From IMG/VR virus record IMGVR_UViG_3300032087_005679, positions 10,196-74,195 of that record: a stretch of 64,000 bases of DNA; one strand, 5' to 3'. Below the pieces are notes generated by a model. The model saw only the letters and a program-made list of their open reading frames with translations. It searched no databases and had not been told where the DNA came from. The first letter of the stretch is position 1; every line of letters starts with the position of its first letter. Below, in pieces: positions 50,070-59,455 of this stretch. Made by a program: the position numbers and the translations under genes. Origin of the DNA: a virus.

Positions 50070-51370
50070 AGTATCTCCGAAGCCAATGTTGCTAGTTGTG
50101 ATCTTTCACCCTTGGTTAATGTGATATGTCCTGCTATGTCGTACTGTTTGAACTTTTCAACAGCATGAGTCAACCCGTTCGATACTGAATCAACATACGA
50201 ATTGTCAATCTGTTGGATATCTCCTGTTAGTACGAGTTTGGTGCCGTGACCTACCCTTGTTATTATAGTCTTTAATTCGTGTGCCGTCAAGTTCTGAGCT
50301 TCATCTACGATCAAAAAAGCATTTGCGATTGATCGACCACGAATGTAAGTCATTGCTTCTATTTCGATTGTGCCTTGTTCTATCTGCATGTCTAGTGCTG
50401 TACGATCACCGAATAGGTGTTCTAGGTTATCACGTATTGGAGCAATCCATGGGAGCATCTTTTCCTCTAGAGTGCCTGGTAGGAAGCCAATGTCTCTACC
50501 CATAGGCTGAACGGGTCTTGTTATAATAAGTTTATCATATCCACCGCTTGCACCCGTTGTGTTTATCACTTGCTCTAAAGCGCAAGCAGTAGCTAACAAA
50601 GTTTTACCAGTTCCAGCAGGACCAGTCAAAGAAATGACATGTATATCCTTGTCAAACAAAAGATCCATTGCATACTGTTGTTCTTTATTTTTTGCAGAAA
50701 GACCCCATATGTTTTTGAATTTATTTACTTTTCTAAGTGGTTTATCATATCCCTCAAACTTACAAATAGCTGATTTATTGGTAGCTTCATTTTTAAGAGT
50801 AAGGTATTGATTTGGATATAGTTTAACTTTCTGCTCTTCTAACATAAACGGCTCACCTGTATAGAACCTATCAATAGTACTGAATTCTACCTCTAGTTCT
50901 TGTGTGCCTGTGAATAGATTCTCCACTGAGTTGATTACTTTTTGTGGCTGATAGTCATAACACTCGATCCCATGAGCGTCACATTTAACCCTCATATTGA
51001 GATCTCTAGATACGACTGCTATCTCATGTCCTTTTTCTTTTAGTCTTAGAGCTATAGCAATTATTTTATTGTCTGAATCGTTTTGATCCATACCAGGTGG
51101 CATATATTTAGCATCAAAGTGTGCTGCAAAGATTTTTCCTTTTCCTCTGCCAATGGCGACACCGTCCATCAGGCTGCCTTTTTTTCTAAGTGAGTCTAGA
51201 ACTCTATTCATTGTTCTAGCATTAAGACCTGCTGTATCTTGCCTGTGTTTATGTCTATCTATTTCGTCGAGAACAATTGTTGGGATTGCTATATTGTTTT
51301 TCCCGAATGCTAATATAGAACCTGCTTCAGTGAGATACACATTGGTATCTAAGATTATAGTTTTCTTCAT
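50066..51370 (-). CDS. phoH: PIN-PhoH family protein
   Basis: PIN domain (LDTNV...DNKII...SRDLNMRVK) plus GPAGTGKT, GFLPG, RGRSI, DEAQN, GDIQQID. Confidence 0.93.
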   Translation of the reverse strand: MKKTIILDTNVYLTEAGSILAFGKNNIAIPTIVLDEIDRHKHRQDTAGLNARTMNRVLDSLRKKGSLMDGVAIGRGKGKIFAAHFDAKYMPPGMDQNDSDNKIIAIALRLKEKGHEIAVVSRDLNMRVKCDAHGIECYDYQPQKVINSVENLFTGTQELEVEFSTIDRFYTGEPFMLEEQKVKLYPNQYLTLKNEATNKSAICKFEGYDKPLRKVNKFKNIWGLSAKNKEQQYAMDLLFDKDIHVISLTGPAGTGKTLLATACALEQVINTTGASGGYDKLIITRPVQPMGRDIGFLPGTLEEKMLPWIAPIRDNLEHLFGDRTALDMQIEQGTIEIEAMTYIRGRSIANAFLIVDEAQNLTAHELKTIITRVGHGTKLVLTGDIQQIDNSYVDSVSNGLTHAVEKFKQYDIAGHITLTKGERSQLATLASEIL

Positions 51371-51428
51371 CTTTTCCCCGTAAAAAGTGGGTTTATATAA
51401 CTAGTTCTGAGCGGGTAATTAAAGTAAT

Positions 51429-51450
51429 AAAAAAGCCGCCCGAAGGCGGC
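51429..51450 (-). terminator. Rho-independent terminator directly after the tmRNA CCA
   Basis: GCCGCC-TTCG-GGCGGC followed by TTTTTT on the minus strand. Confidence 0.9.
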
Positions 51451-51777
51451 TGGTGGAGGTAGGGAGAATTGAACTCCCGTCTTGTCCGTTTCCAAATCAA
51501 GGTCATTCACAAGGTTGGACTAGCTTTTATCGTCGGCAAGTCTCTAGACTATATTATCTGTTTCGCTACACACAAATAATCAAAAGCGTTTATAGGACAA
51601 AAATACGACTTTCTGTTTTTCGGTTGTCGCCACCTCAAGTCTAGTCAGGTTATTAAGCTGCTAGTGCTAGTTCTGCGTTGTTGTTTGCAGTTATAGTTTT
51701 AAGCGTTTTTAGTGAGCCACGCTTCCCTCACCCTTGCACCCATTCATCTTTCACGTCAATCGATTCCGGTTACCCCC
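51451..51777 (-). ncRNA. ssrA: tmRNA (327 nt), tag ANNNAELALAA (51653-51688)
   Basis: Acceptor GGGGGTA/TACCTCC-A-CCA with G3:U70; T-arm GGGAG-TTCAATT-CTCCC; pk1 GTGAG/CTCAC and AGCGT/ACGCT; ATAACT-GCA resume context; tandem TAA stops. Confidence 0.96.
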
Positions 51778-51787
51778 TTAGGTAAAT

Positions 51788-51816
51788 GTTATAAACTATA
51801 AAGAATATTTTGTCAA
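51788..51816 (-). promoter_or_regulatory. Sigma70-type promoter for the tmRNA
   Basis: TTGACA-17 nt-TATAAC, ending 10 nt upstream of mature G1. Confidence 0.85.
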
Positions 51817-51967
51817 GTTATTTACTCTTCTATATATGCTAGCAATCTTTGAAGCTGTCATAAAGCTAGAAAAAGTAGTAATAATAGAAAGAAAAGTTTT
51901 GATTTGGCTGTTTATGAGCTTGCAGCTATTATAACGAAGCCTAGAAAGGTGTTAAGGGCAAGAATGA

Positions 51968-52738
51968 TTAAATATCTAATTCCATATCAACACCAGTTTC
52001 ATCAGAGTCTGTAGTGTCTTCTTTTTCCTCTTCATATTCTGGTGTAGAAACATCTGGAAGTGTGTTTGATAGTTCATCTTCAAACTTATCAAAATAGAGA
52101 AGCAAGTTTGTGATAAGGTAATCATAGAAAATGTCTTGATCTGTTTCATCTGCTAGCATGTCATAAGCATCAACAATTTGCTTTTCAACTTTCTTAAAAG
52201 TAATTGCAGCAAAGTTACGACCTGTTTCATTCTGATCGTCTAGTTTTACAAAATCATCTTCTTTACCGTCATTATCGATATCAATAAATTCACCTTCTAC
52301 AGATTGTTCTTCTTTCCCGTCATCTTGTGGGTCTAGGTCAATTGATATTTTCTCTAGGAGAGTGTCTTTGTCGATTTCATACTCAATGCTTTCTAGCTGA
52401 TCCTCAGCTTGACCTTGCGCTTCAATTGGACGAAGAGCATTCTCAACAGCATGAACAATGTGGTTTCTAAACGAATCTCTTTGCTCTTTATCGCTAGTAA
52501 GCATTTTGTAATCGTTTTCAATAGTTGGAATAACTTTTTCCAGCAAATCAGCTAGAACATTAATACCAGTGCTACGACTTGCTTCCTCTGTTCCTGTTTC
52601 GGCTTCAATTAGTTTGCGAACTACTTTTCTTATCTTTTCTTCAGCAAGTCTTTGCTGTTCAAGCTTCATGACAATCCTTTTACGGACATGTTCTCTAATA
52701 AGTTCTTCAGCTATTAGTTGGTTTCGGTCAATAGTCAT
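51968..52738 (-). CDS. Acidic hypothetical protein (possible internal head protein)
   Basis: Likely start MTIDRNQ at 52738, which avoids overlap with the upstream gene; many [IL]-x-E sites; Asp/Glu-rich. Confidence 0.6.
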   Translation of the reverse strand: MTIDRNQLIAEELIREHVRKRIVMKLEQQRLAEEKIRKVVRKLIEAETGTEEASRSTGINVLADLLEKVIPTIENDYKMLTSDKEQRDSFRNHIVHAVENALRPIEAQGQAEDQLESIEYEIDKDTLLEKISIDLDPQDDGKEEQSVEGEFIDIDNDGKEDDFVKLDDQNETGRNFAAITFKKVEKQIVDAYDMLADETDQDIFYDYLITNLLLYFDKFEDELSNTLPDVSTPEYEEEKEDTTDSDETGVDMELDI

Positions 52739-52748
52739 AGTATTATAA

Positions 52749-55700
52749 TTATCTCCGTCTTTGACGTTTTGCTCTTCTAACTTTAGGTTTGGACGATTTT
52801 GGTTTTTTGAAAGAGTTGTAATTGTTAGGTGGACCAAACCCTCCAGCATAACCAGCAACAGCCCCTCCGCCCATTGCAGACATTTCGTCTAAAGTGTCAT
52901 CAATAAAATTCGTCACATCTTCAATAGTTGTAGTGAGCGCCGCCCAGATAGCATCAGCATCTGCATTTGGCGGAATATAAGAAATAAAAGTTTCCTTATC
53001 GCCATCGGCAATAGCCTTTCTCATATCACGGGCACTATAAACAACTCCAGCACGAGACTGAACTGGGTCTTCAACGATGTCCTCGACATTTACACCAGGG
53101 TTATGGCGTTCAGCGTATGATTGCGCTCTGTCAAAGCGAGTATCCCCTACATCCTTACTACTCTTCACTAAAAGGATTGTATCTCCCTCTTTAGCAGTTG
53201 CTGGATCAGCAACAAATTCATAAACTGCTTGGACTGGGCTGCGGTAGTCTGCAATTTTTGCAGTGATGTTGGGTTCTCCGTTTTCGAGATATTCATTCCA
53301 GATCTTGAGAGCCTGAGCGTTGCTTACTTCTGGGTAATCGACGGGAGAAATTAAAACAACAACTTCATCAACATCAGGTCGTTTAGCAATCTTATTTACA
53401 TAATCAAAGTGACCTCGATGGGGTGGCTTAAACTTACCAGGGAATAGAGCTATACGCTTACCCTCTTTTTCAGTAATGACCTGGGTAGTGTTATTTAGTG
53501 ATTCGTTTCTTTGGGCTGGTGCTGTTTTTTCTTTAGAAATTTGTTGCTGTAGTTCAGCCTCAATAACATTAGCATCTTTTACTGCTTTTTCTCCAGAAGC
53601 AATGCCAGTATTCCTGTCTCCGTAAGTAAAGTAGTTGTCAATATTATCCGAAAGACTTTTTGTAGCCCCGAACAGATTCTCTACTGTTTCGCCCAACACA
53701 TCCATATATTTTTCAGCAATTTTTACTATTTGGTCATTGTTAGTTGGCAGACTAGCTACTACTCCAAACCCAGTTACAGATTGAGGTAATCCTCCTTTGT
53801 TGCTAAATGTAGCAGGAGATATAGTCCATTGAGTTCCGCCCTTGCTGTCACCTTCCGTCAATAATATATTGTTCCAAATTTTTCTATTATCTTCTACGGT
53901 CAGCCATTTTTTACCTTCTTCGGCTAATTCTGGTCTCGGTTCCGTGGCGACTGGATTTTCAACAGTGTCGGGGTTTTGAACTTCTGGCTCTTTTGTTGTC
54001 TCTTTTTCTTTTCTAACCTTCTCTGCTGCGGCATCAACCTTTTCTTTTTCACTAGAACTGTAACCATTACAAGTTCTTAAGAATTCAAACCTTTCAGGCC
54101 ACGACATAGCAGCATATTCTTTGATTATAATTTGTAGGTCTCTAGTCCAATTCTTTTTAAAATCTTTCTTTCTCTTCGCAGTATTTAATTTATATTGATA
54201 TCTTGGATTACCAAAAAGTTTATAAGTACTGCTCGCTGATCTATTATGGGTAAGAAGTTCAACAATATTATCTTGAGTTATATCAAACTTCTGTATTTCA
54301 ATTTGTTTCGTGGTTGAATCATCAGAATCATCTTTTTCTTTAAATGTGACGATATAAGAAATTTTTCCATATGTATCTAAGCCATTGACGAGGTTGGTAA
54401 AACTACCATGAATTTTTCCATCTTGTCTCAACAATTTTAAACTGATAGGGACATTTTCACTGCCCTCAAGTTCAGAAAAAGCAATTAAATCTTCAATTGG
54501 TAAGCTGCCCTGTTTTGGATCAACAACTTGCTTACCACGAAGCATAGCCGACAAAAAGGCTTCAAAAACAAACCCAGCACCGGAAGCACTGAAACTATTG
54601 ATTACAGCGGATAAAGATTCTAAAATAATAAGCGTACTAATAATTCTCTGAGGTGTTCTCATATTAGTGTCTAGGCTGACTCTTTTCGTAAGGTCATCAA
54701 ACTTCTCTTGAATTGATGCTCCGCCGCCAATAGTAGCAAAAACTTTTTCTATCTGTTTCCTTTCCATTGATCCAGGTTTGCCCCAATTCTCTGATGGAGC
54801 AAACTTTGGAATGGTTAGAACAAATTGTTTTGCTCTTTCTTTCTTAATGTTATTTTCTTTCTCTGTTATGATTGGCTTGTCAACAACTAGAGATTCTTTT
54901 GTACTTCTTTTTAGGTTACCGTAGCGGAACATCCCAAGTATCTGATTTAGCGGAGCAAAGTTGCCCGCAAACTTGTATGTGTGACCATTGTAATCGAAGA
55001 CCACCGCCTCAACAGGGGTAGTAATCATTGAAAAGTCTTTGATTTTATTTAGGTGCCGCTGCATAACAGCCATTGCTTGAGGATTTTCAGTGCCAACTGA
55101 TGTTATTTCTCGGACAGCATTTGCAAGTTCATTCTTAAGTCTTTGCGTTTCTTTTTGGTTATCTGCGATAAAAATACTCTCTAAACCTTTTAGCAGTTCT
55201 ACAGTGAAATCATGGATAGCAATTTCTAAAGGTTCTACTGATTCTTGTAATAGAGACTTACTAGCAGTTATAATAGTATTCAGGTCTTGTAGGTCTTCTT
55301 GATTGAGTCCTTTTTTTAATTGTCTCAATCCGATGTTTCCTGGAAGTTTTAAGATATAATTTACTATCTCTTCCTTGAGGTTTTGAGGAAGGTCAGTATC
55401 AATTCCATTCAACAACCTTTTATACATGTAATCTGAAATAGTTGAGTAGTTATTTAGCCCTTCGGCTTTCATCTCATTATCTATTTTAGTTATTACTTTT
55501 CTAAGTGATTGACCATCGTCTTCTATTTTTCTGATATCCAGCAATGCTTCTCTGGCAAGTTTGAAATCATCACCGTGAAGCTTTTGTTCCATCCTCTCCA
55601 AAGCGTTATCTAGAGTATCCAGTGTGCCCTTTGGGATTGGTGACTGTTCGCCTGTTTCACGATCAAAGACAAAGTGACCTACATTGTGTATTTTTAATGT

Positions 55701-56114
55701 CTTATTATCATATAGGATAACATTAGCATTACCTGGGTCCATGACCTCGGCATTGTACCAGATGTTAGTATCAGGTCCGAATACTCTTTCTTTTTCTTCG
55801 TCTGATAGTGCTTCAACAGCTTTTTCAAAAGTGTTAAATCCACCTGTAAAAGCCTTCTCTAAGTTGCCTCTACCAGCAAACTTTTGGGCGAGCCCAGTAG
55901 CATCTAGACCACCAGCTTTAAGGTTGCCTTTGTTTCTGGCTCCTTTAGCTTTTCCTTCGGGAATAGAGTATGAAAGAAACAGATTCTGTCCGTCTACTTT
56001 TTCCTCGTAGGTAAGCTCGCCATTAGCGGCAGCTTCCAGAATCTCTTTCATTTCACCGAAGGTTAGATCTCTATTTTCATAGAGATGGTCCATATGACCT
56101 GCAACACCACCCAT
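52749..56114 (-). CDS. Multidomain protein: ligase-fold nucleotidyltransferase (DUF6267-like) + PD-(D/E)XK-like cassette + HxGH cytidylyltransferase-like domain
   Basis: EEKVDG (KxDG), EAVVF and TYK in the N-domain; FVFEAFL/PIEDL/ISLK in the middle; FPGKFKPPHRGH...SARDMRKA in the C-domain. Confidence 0.75.
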   Translation of the reverse strand: MGGVAGHMDHLYENRDLTFGEMKEILEAAANGELTYEEKVDGQNLFLSYSIPEGKAKGARNKGNLKAGGLDATGLAQKFAGRGNLEKAFTGGFNTFEKAVEALSDEEKERVFGPDTNIWYNAEVMDPGNANVILYDNKTLKIHNVGHFVFDRETGEQSPIPKGTLDTLDNALERMEQKLHGDDFKLAREALLDIRKIEDDGQSLRKVITKIDNEMKAEGLNNYSTISDYMYKRLLNGIDTDLPQNLKEEIVNYILKLPGNIGLRQLKKGLNQEDLQDLNTIITASKSLLQESVEPLEIAIHDFTVELLKGLESIFIADNQKETQRLKNELANAVREITSVGTENPQAMAVMQRHLNKIKDFSMITTPVEAVVFDYNGHTYKFAGNFAPLNQILGMFRYGNLKRSTKESLVVDKPIITEKENNIKKERAKQFVLTIPKFAPSENWGKPGSMERKQIEKVFATIGGGASIQEKFDDLTKRVSLDTNMRTPQRIISTLIILESLSAVINSFSASGAGFVFEAFLSAMLRGKQVVDPKQGSLPIEDLIAFSELEGSENVPISLKLLRQDGKIHGSFTNLVNGLDTYGKISYIVTFKEKDDSDDSTTKQIEIQKFDITQDNIVELLTHNRSASSTYKLFGNPRYQYKLNTAKRKKDFKKNWTRDLQIIIKEYAAMSWPERFEFLRTCNGYSSSEKEKVDAAAEKVRKEKETTKEPEVQNPDTVENPVATEPRPELAEEGKKWLTVEDNRKIWNNILLTEGDSKGGTQWTISPATFSNKGGLPQSVTGFGVVASLPTNNDQIVKIAEKYMDVLGETVENLFGATKSLSDNIDNYFTYGDRNTGIASGEKAVKDANVIEAELQQQISKEKTAPAQRNESLNNTTQVITEKEGKRIALFPGKFKPPHRGHFDYVNKIAKRPDVDEVVVLISPVDYPEVSNAQALKIWNEYLENGEPNITAKIADYRSPVQAVYEFVADPATAKEGDTILLVKSSKDVGDTRFDRAQSYAERHNPGVNVEDIVEDPVQSRAGVVYSARDMRKAIADGDKETFISYIPPNADADAIWAALTTTIEDVTNFIDDTLDEMSAMGGGAVAGYAGGFGPPNNYNSFKKPKSSKPKVRRAKRQRRR

Positions 56115-56354
56115 TTACTTATCCTCTGTGAGTATCTTAAGTTCTTCTTCTAAGGATTCGATTCTTTCATTTAGGGACCGTAAGTGTCTCTTTATACCAC
56201 GAATATGCTCTTTCGCCAAGGAAATTCTATTGGTATCTCTTTTATTTGTTACCCTTATATTGGATACAATATCATAAAGAGCTTGAACGGATGCTCCAGC
56301 GTCTACTTTGAATTCTTCGTTGAGAAGAAATTTTTTAGTTATCTTTCTTAGCAC
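56115..56354 (-). CDS. Small coiled-coil hypothetical protein (79 aa)
   Basis: GTG start; abuts the multidomain gene. Confidence 0.6.
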   Translation of the reverse strand: MLRKITKKFLLNEEFKVDAGASVQALYDIVSNIRVTNKRDTNRISLAKEHIRGIKRHLRSLNERIESLEEELKILTEDK

Positions 56355-56523
56355 TGGTTTTCTTAACTTTCGTAGCTTTCTTAGTTGTTTTTGGAACCTC
56401 TTTAGCTACGGCTACTTCTTCTGCTGCTGGTGCTTCTGGGGCAGCTACTGGTGCAGCAACAGCGCCTCGGGCTTTTGCTAGTTGTTGTGCTCTTCTCATT
56501 CTTCTTACTCTTGGGCTTGCCAT
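56335..56523 (-). CDS. Small basic Ala/Pro/Lys-rich protein (62 aa)
   Basis: GGAGG SD; Arg/Lys-rich termini. Confidence 0.7.
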   Translation of the reverse strand: MASPRVRRMRRAQQLAKARGAVAAPVAAPEAPAAEEVAVAKEVPKTTKKATKVKKTSAKKDN

Positions 56524-56611
56524 TAGATAAATCCTCCAAAATTACGATTTAATAGTAAAAAACAAGTTACCATAAATAGTAACAAATGAAGTTATATTCT
56601 TATTTTAAGTT

Positions 56612-56923
56612 TTATGAAGAGCCTGTTGGTATTAGATGAACTAAACTACCAGTAATACCTAATCGGAAAGTTCTCACATCACCATTTTGATCGGTACCTA
56701 TTAGATGCAGGGCAGAACCAGGCTCCGTGATATAAACAGAGCCCGACTGGAACTGAGACCCATGAAGGTGGCTTGTAGCGTGATTATCAAGCTCAGCTTG
56801 AGTTATATAATTGTTTGTTGTTAGTTGATTTTGGGTCACAAATTCTTCTGATAAAGCTGCTGTTGATTTTTGATTCACATGAATAGTAGGATCGATATGA
56901 CCTAAAAATCTTCTTCTACCCAT
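56612..56923 (-). CDS. Small probable virion protein (103 aa)
   Basis: TGATG coupling; contains SGS once and TGS twice. Confidence 0.6.
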   Translation of the reverse strand: MGRRRFLGHIDPTIHVNQKSTAALSEEFVTQNQLTTNNYITQAELDNHATSHLHGSQFQSGSVYITEPGSALHLIGTDQNGDVRTFRLGITGSLVHLIPTGSS

Positions 56924-57393
56924 CAGCCTTCTGTCCCATCATAACCAAAAGACTCATCGTTTGGATCAATGAGATAATGTCTCATTACAAATCCAGTAAC
57001 ATGAATTCCGTTACTTTCTCCAGATACTAATTCTCTATCACTCCATGCGTACATTTCCATGGAATTGTTATGAGGTGTTCCTGGGTATACTTGAACCAAG
57101 CCCGTTCCAGCCGAAACAGCAACTTTGATTGTTGCTGCATCTGAGTCTGAACCAACCCCTAAAAATAAGTTTATAGACGCCGTATGATAATTATTGCAGT
57201 ATATGTAAAGTTCATCTAAAGCAACTTCAGAGCAAGTATGCAGTGTTACTTTATTTGCTGAACCAGAGGGTATATCTATTGGACCATTGTATGAATTAGC
57301 ACCAGATAATTTGTATCTTGCGTGACCTGTTGGGCTAATAGTCCAGGAACTACCAGGTGTTGTTGGATATGACGTTTTATTGGAGAATCCCAT
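56923..57393 (-). CDS. Probable virion beta-rich protein (156 aa)
   Basis: LSGAN...LHT...DELYIYCNN...GLVQVYPG beta-strand pattern. Confidence 0.55.
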   Translation of the reverse strand: MGFSNKTSYPTTPGSSWTISPTGHARYKLSGANSYNGPIDIPSGSANKVTLHTCSEVALDELYIYCNNYHTASINLFLGVGSDSDAATIKVAVSAGTGLVQVYPGTPHNNSMEMYAWSDRELVSGESNGIHVTGFVMRHYLIDPNDESFGYDGTEG

Positions 57394-57432
57394 ATAATTG
57401 TTCCTATAGATTTCTTCTATAAATATGGCAGA

Positions 57433-57627
57433 CTATATTTTTTCGTCTCCGTAAAGATTTACTACCTGAATGCCTCTTGTGGGTTGTTCTGGTTTTAGGG
57501 GAGAGACATCAACTGGGGGTTGTTCTTTAAGGGGGAGTTCTAGGACGAGTTCTTTGGTGACCGGCTTCTTGGCTGGTTCTTTCTTGCGGTAAATTGTAAC
57601 AACTACTGGCTTGTAATTGTTAGGCAT
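57433..57627 (-). CDS. Small hypothetical protein (64 aa)
   Basis: GGGGA SD; fills the intergenic space. Confidence 0.55.
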   Translation of the reverse strand: MPNNYKPVVVTIYRKKEPAKKPVTKELVLELPLKEQPPVDVSPLKPEQPTRGIQVVNLYGDEKI

Positions 57628-57643
57628 TTTATTCCCCTAGGAT

Positions 57644-58582
57644 TTACAGAGGTTCAAAACCTCCTTGTTGTTTTTCTTCGACGGTTCCTATGTGAAAATA
57701 TTCATGTAAATTATTGTGCAAATTTTGCATCATCTTAATCATGTAAGAATCTGTTTTATCTGCCTTGTTATTCATTTTCTGCCAGACTTCCATTTCTGCT
57801 TTAGCAACAGAGTTTCGAAGGAAGACCTTAATCGCTAGGAGGGGAGAAGCAACACCAATGTTTTCCATTGAGCGATAACCAGCAAAAATATTACCAATGA
57901 TTTCATTATTGATGTTCATAATAGGAGAACCACTACTTCCGGGCTTTGTAGGCATACTATACATCGCATACCCTTCTGGGGAGTAGCCTGTGAAGTATCC
58001 ATCAAAAGTTAGAACCATTCTTGGGAAGACAATACCGTGAGGAGCAGCCATATTGTAGGCAACTTCGCCTCTCTTTGGTCTTTCTTTTGCTACCTTAAGG
58101 ACTGGTGGCTTGATAAGAACAGTGCGAACCCTTAATAGGCAGAGGTCCCACCTCTTATCGATCGCTACAACTTCAGCCTTGTATTTAAAGCCGTTGTAAT
58201 CAACGAGTGTAAATTTCTGTCCCATGTGTGTGACTTTTACACCTTCTATGGTTCTTTCCTTTACAAAGGTACTTCGGCAAGAGTGACCAGCACTCATAGC
58301 ATAACTTACATCACTAGCAATGTCGCTATGCATAATAAAGGAGCCAGAGGATACTGCTCTAGAAGTTGCGTTTTGACATTTCTCTTTTTTGTCTTCCCCT
58401 ATTTCGCAACCTCTCCAAAGCGTGTCGCTTCGTAACTGAACGAAAGACTTGACGGGGAATTCATGCCTTATTGGCTTAACCTCACTGAAAGGAGTAACGC
58501 ACGCTCCTGAACAACTTGCAACCGTAACATACAACAGGGTGATTAAGCACACTCGAAGGGTATCGGTAAATATACGCATCAT
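57644..58582 (-). CDS. Trypsin-like serine protease with signal peptide/possible lipobox
   Basis: SAGH (His), DLCLL (Asp), PGSSGSP (Ser); hydrophobic N-terminus ending VASC. Confidence 0.88.
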   Translation of the reverse strand: MMRIFTDTLRVCLITLLYVTVASCSGACVTPFSEVKPIRHEFPVKSFVQLRSDTLWRGCEIGEDKKEKCQNATSRAVSSGSFIMHSDIASDVSYAMSAGHSCRSTFVKERTIEGVKVTHMGQKFTLVDYNGFKYKAEVVAIDKRWDLCLLRVRTVLIKPPVLKVAKERPKRGEVAYNMAAPHGIVFPRMVLTFDGYFTGYSPEGYAMYSMPTKPGSSGSPIMNINNEIIGNIFAGYRSMENIGVASPLLAIKVFLRNSVAKAEMEVWQKMNNKADKTDSYMIKMMQNLHNNLHEYFHIGTVEEKQQGGFEPL

Positions 58583-58586
58583 AAAA

Positions 58587-58593
58587 TAACTAT
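58587..58593 (-). promoter_or_regulatory. Candidate late-promoter motif ATAGTTA, 4 nt upstream of ATG
   Basis: Minus strand reads ATAGTTA TTTT ATG. Confidence 0.5.
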
Positions 58594-58666
58594 TTCCGAA
58601 TCAAGACTTTAGGTCTATTTAAGTTGTAATAATCTTACAACCATGTGAAAGATAAGGTATTTAATA

Positions 58667-58966
58667 ATGTTGTTCTCACTTGAAAAATTTGTAAAAGTAG
58701 CCGCTTTTGTATTGGCGGCTTTAGTTTTGTTCCCTTCATCCGCAGTCTCTAATCCAAAAGCTTCTAATCTTGAGCCAGTATGGGAAAAGATCAATGGCGA
58801 GTGGAAATTTAATAAAACTACTAATCAAAAACACGAAAGTCTTGTCTATGTTATTACAACAACCGACAATAAACTTAACAAAAACATAATTACTAAAGAC
58901 ATGGTGAAGCTTCCATTTGTTCTAATCATTGAACAAGATAAGAAAGAGGAGATTTCACTTCACTAA
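58667..58966 (+). CDS. Exported hypothetical protein (signal peptide)
   Basis: KVAAFVLAALVLFPSSA signal-like N-terminus. Confidence 0.65.
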   Translation: MLFSLEKFVKVAAFVLAALVLFPSSAVSNPKASNLEPVWEKINGEWKFNKTTNQKHESLVYVITTTDNKLNKNIITKDMVKLPFVLIIEQDKKEEISLH

Positions 58967-58981
58967 GATTTAGGAGAACAT

Positions 58982-59455
58982 ATGATAAGAGTATTAACTA
59001 ATCGGTGGGTGCTCTTAAGTGTTCTGTCCGCAACAATCCTAGCATCCTCGTTCTTGATTTATAAGAACAACTTTCAGCCACAAGTAATCCTATCAAAAGA
59101 TGTAACCTACTATTTGCCGGGACAAAGAGATAACTGCAAGTGGATCTTACAAGTAAAAGATGACCTAAGAGATATACCAGGCGAAACAACAGAAGTTCGT
59201 ATAGGCATCCCAGAGGTTCAAACTGATGGCTATCTTAGTGGACGCCTGGAGGTTGGCGAACATGGCAACCTTATGTTAGCATTTATCCCACCAGGAACTC
59301 AGAAAAATAAAGTCCCAGTTATCCTGACAGCAGATTACTCTGATCGAAAGTTACCAATTGACTTCCTGAGGTTCAGATGGGTTCAGAGCAGTACAATTAC
59401 TATTTTGATTTTCTCCGATGAAGGTGCCTGTATGGCTTCTAGGAATGGGAAATGA
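58982..59455 (+). CDS. Membrane-anchored/exported hypothetical protein
   Basis: AGGAG SD; N-terminal TM segment; ATGA overlap with the next gene. Confidence 0.7.
   Translation: MIRVLTNRWVLLSVLSATILASSFLIYKNNFQPQVILSKDVTYYLPGQRDNCKWILQVKDDLRDIPGETTEVRIGIPEVQTDGYLSGRLEVGEHGNLMLAFIPPGTQKNKVPVILTADYSDRKLPIDFLRFRWVQSSTITILIFSDEGACMASRNGK

Noticed and set aside
51453-51644. 63-aa plus-strand ORF
   Set aside because: It is the antisense of the tmRNA 3' half.
52739-52858. ORF-track N-terminal extensions (also 34250-34294, 39381-39413, 40066-40161)
   Set aside because: They overlap upstream genes; downstream ATGs fit coupling, SD or promoter motifs better.
53505-54854. Intein as the central insert of the 1121-aa protein
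   Set aside because: No Cys/Ser start block, no His-Asn C-terminal junction and no LAGLIDADG motifs.
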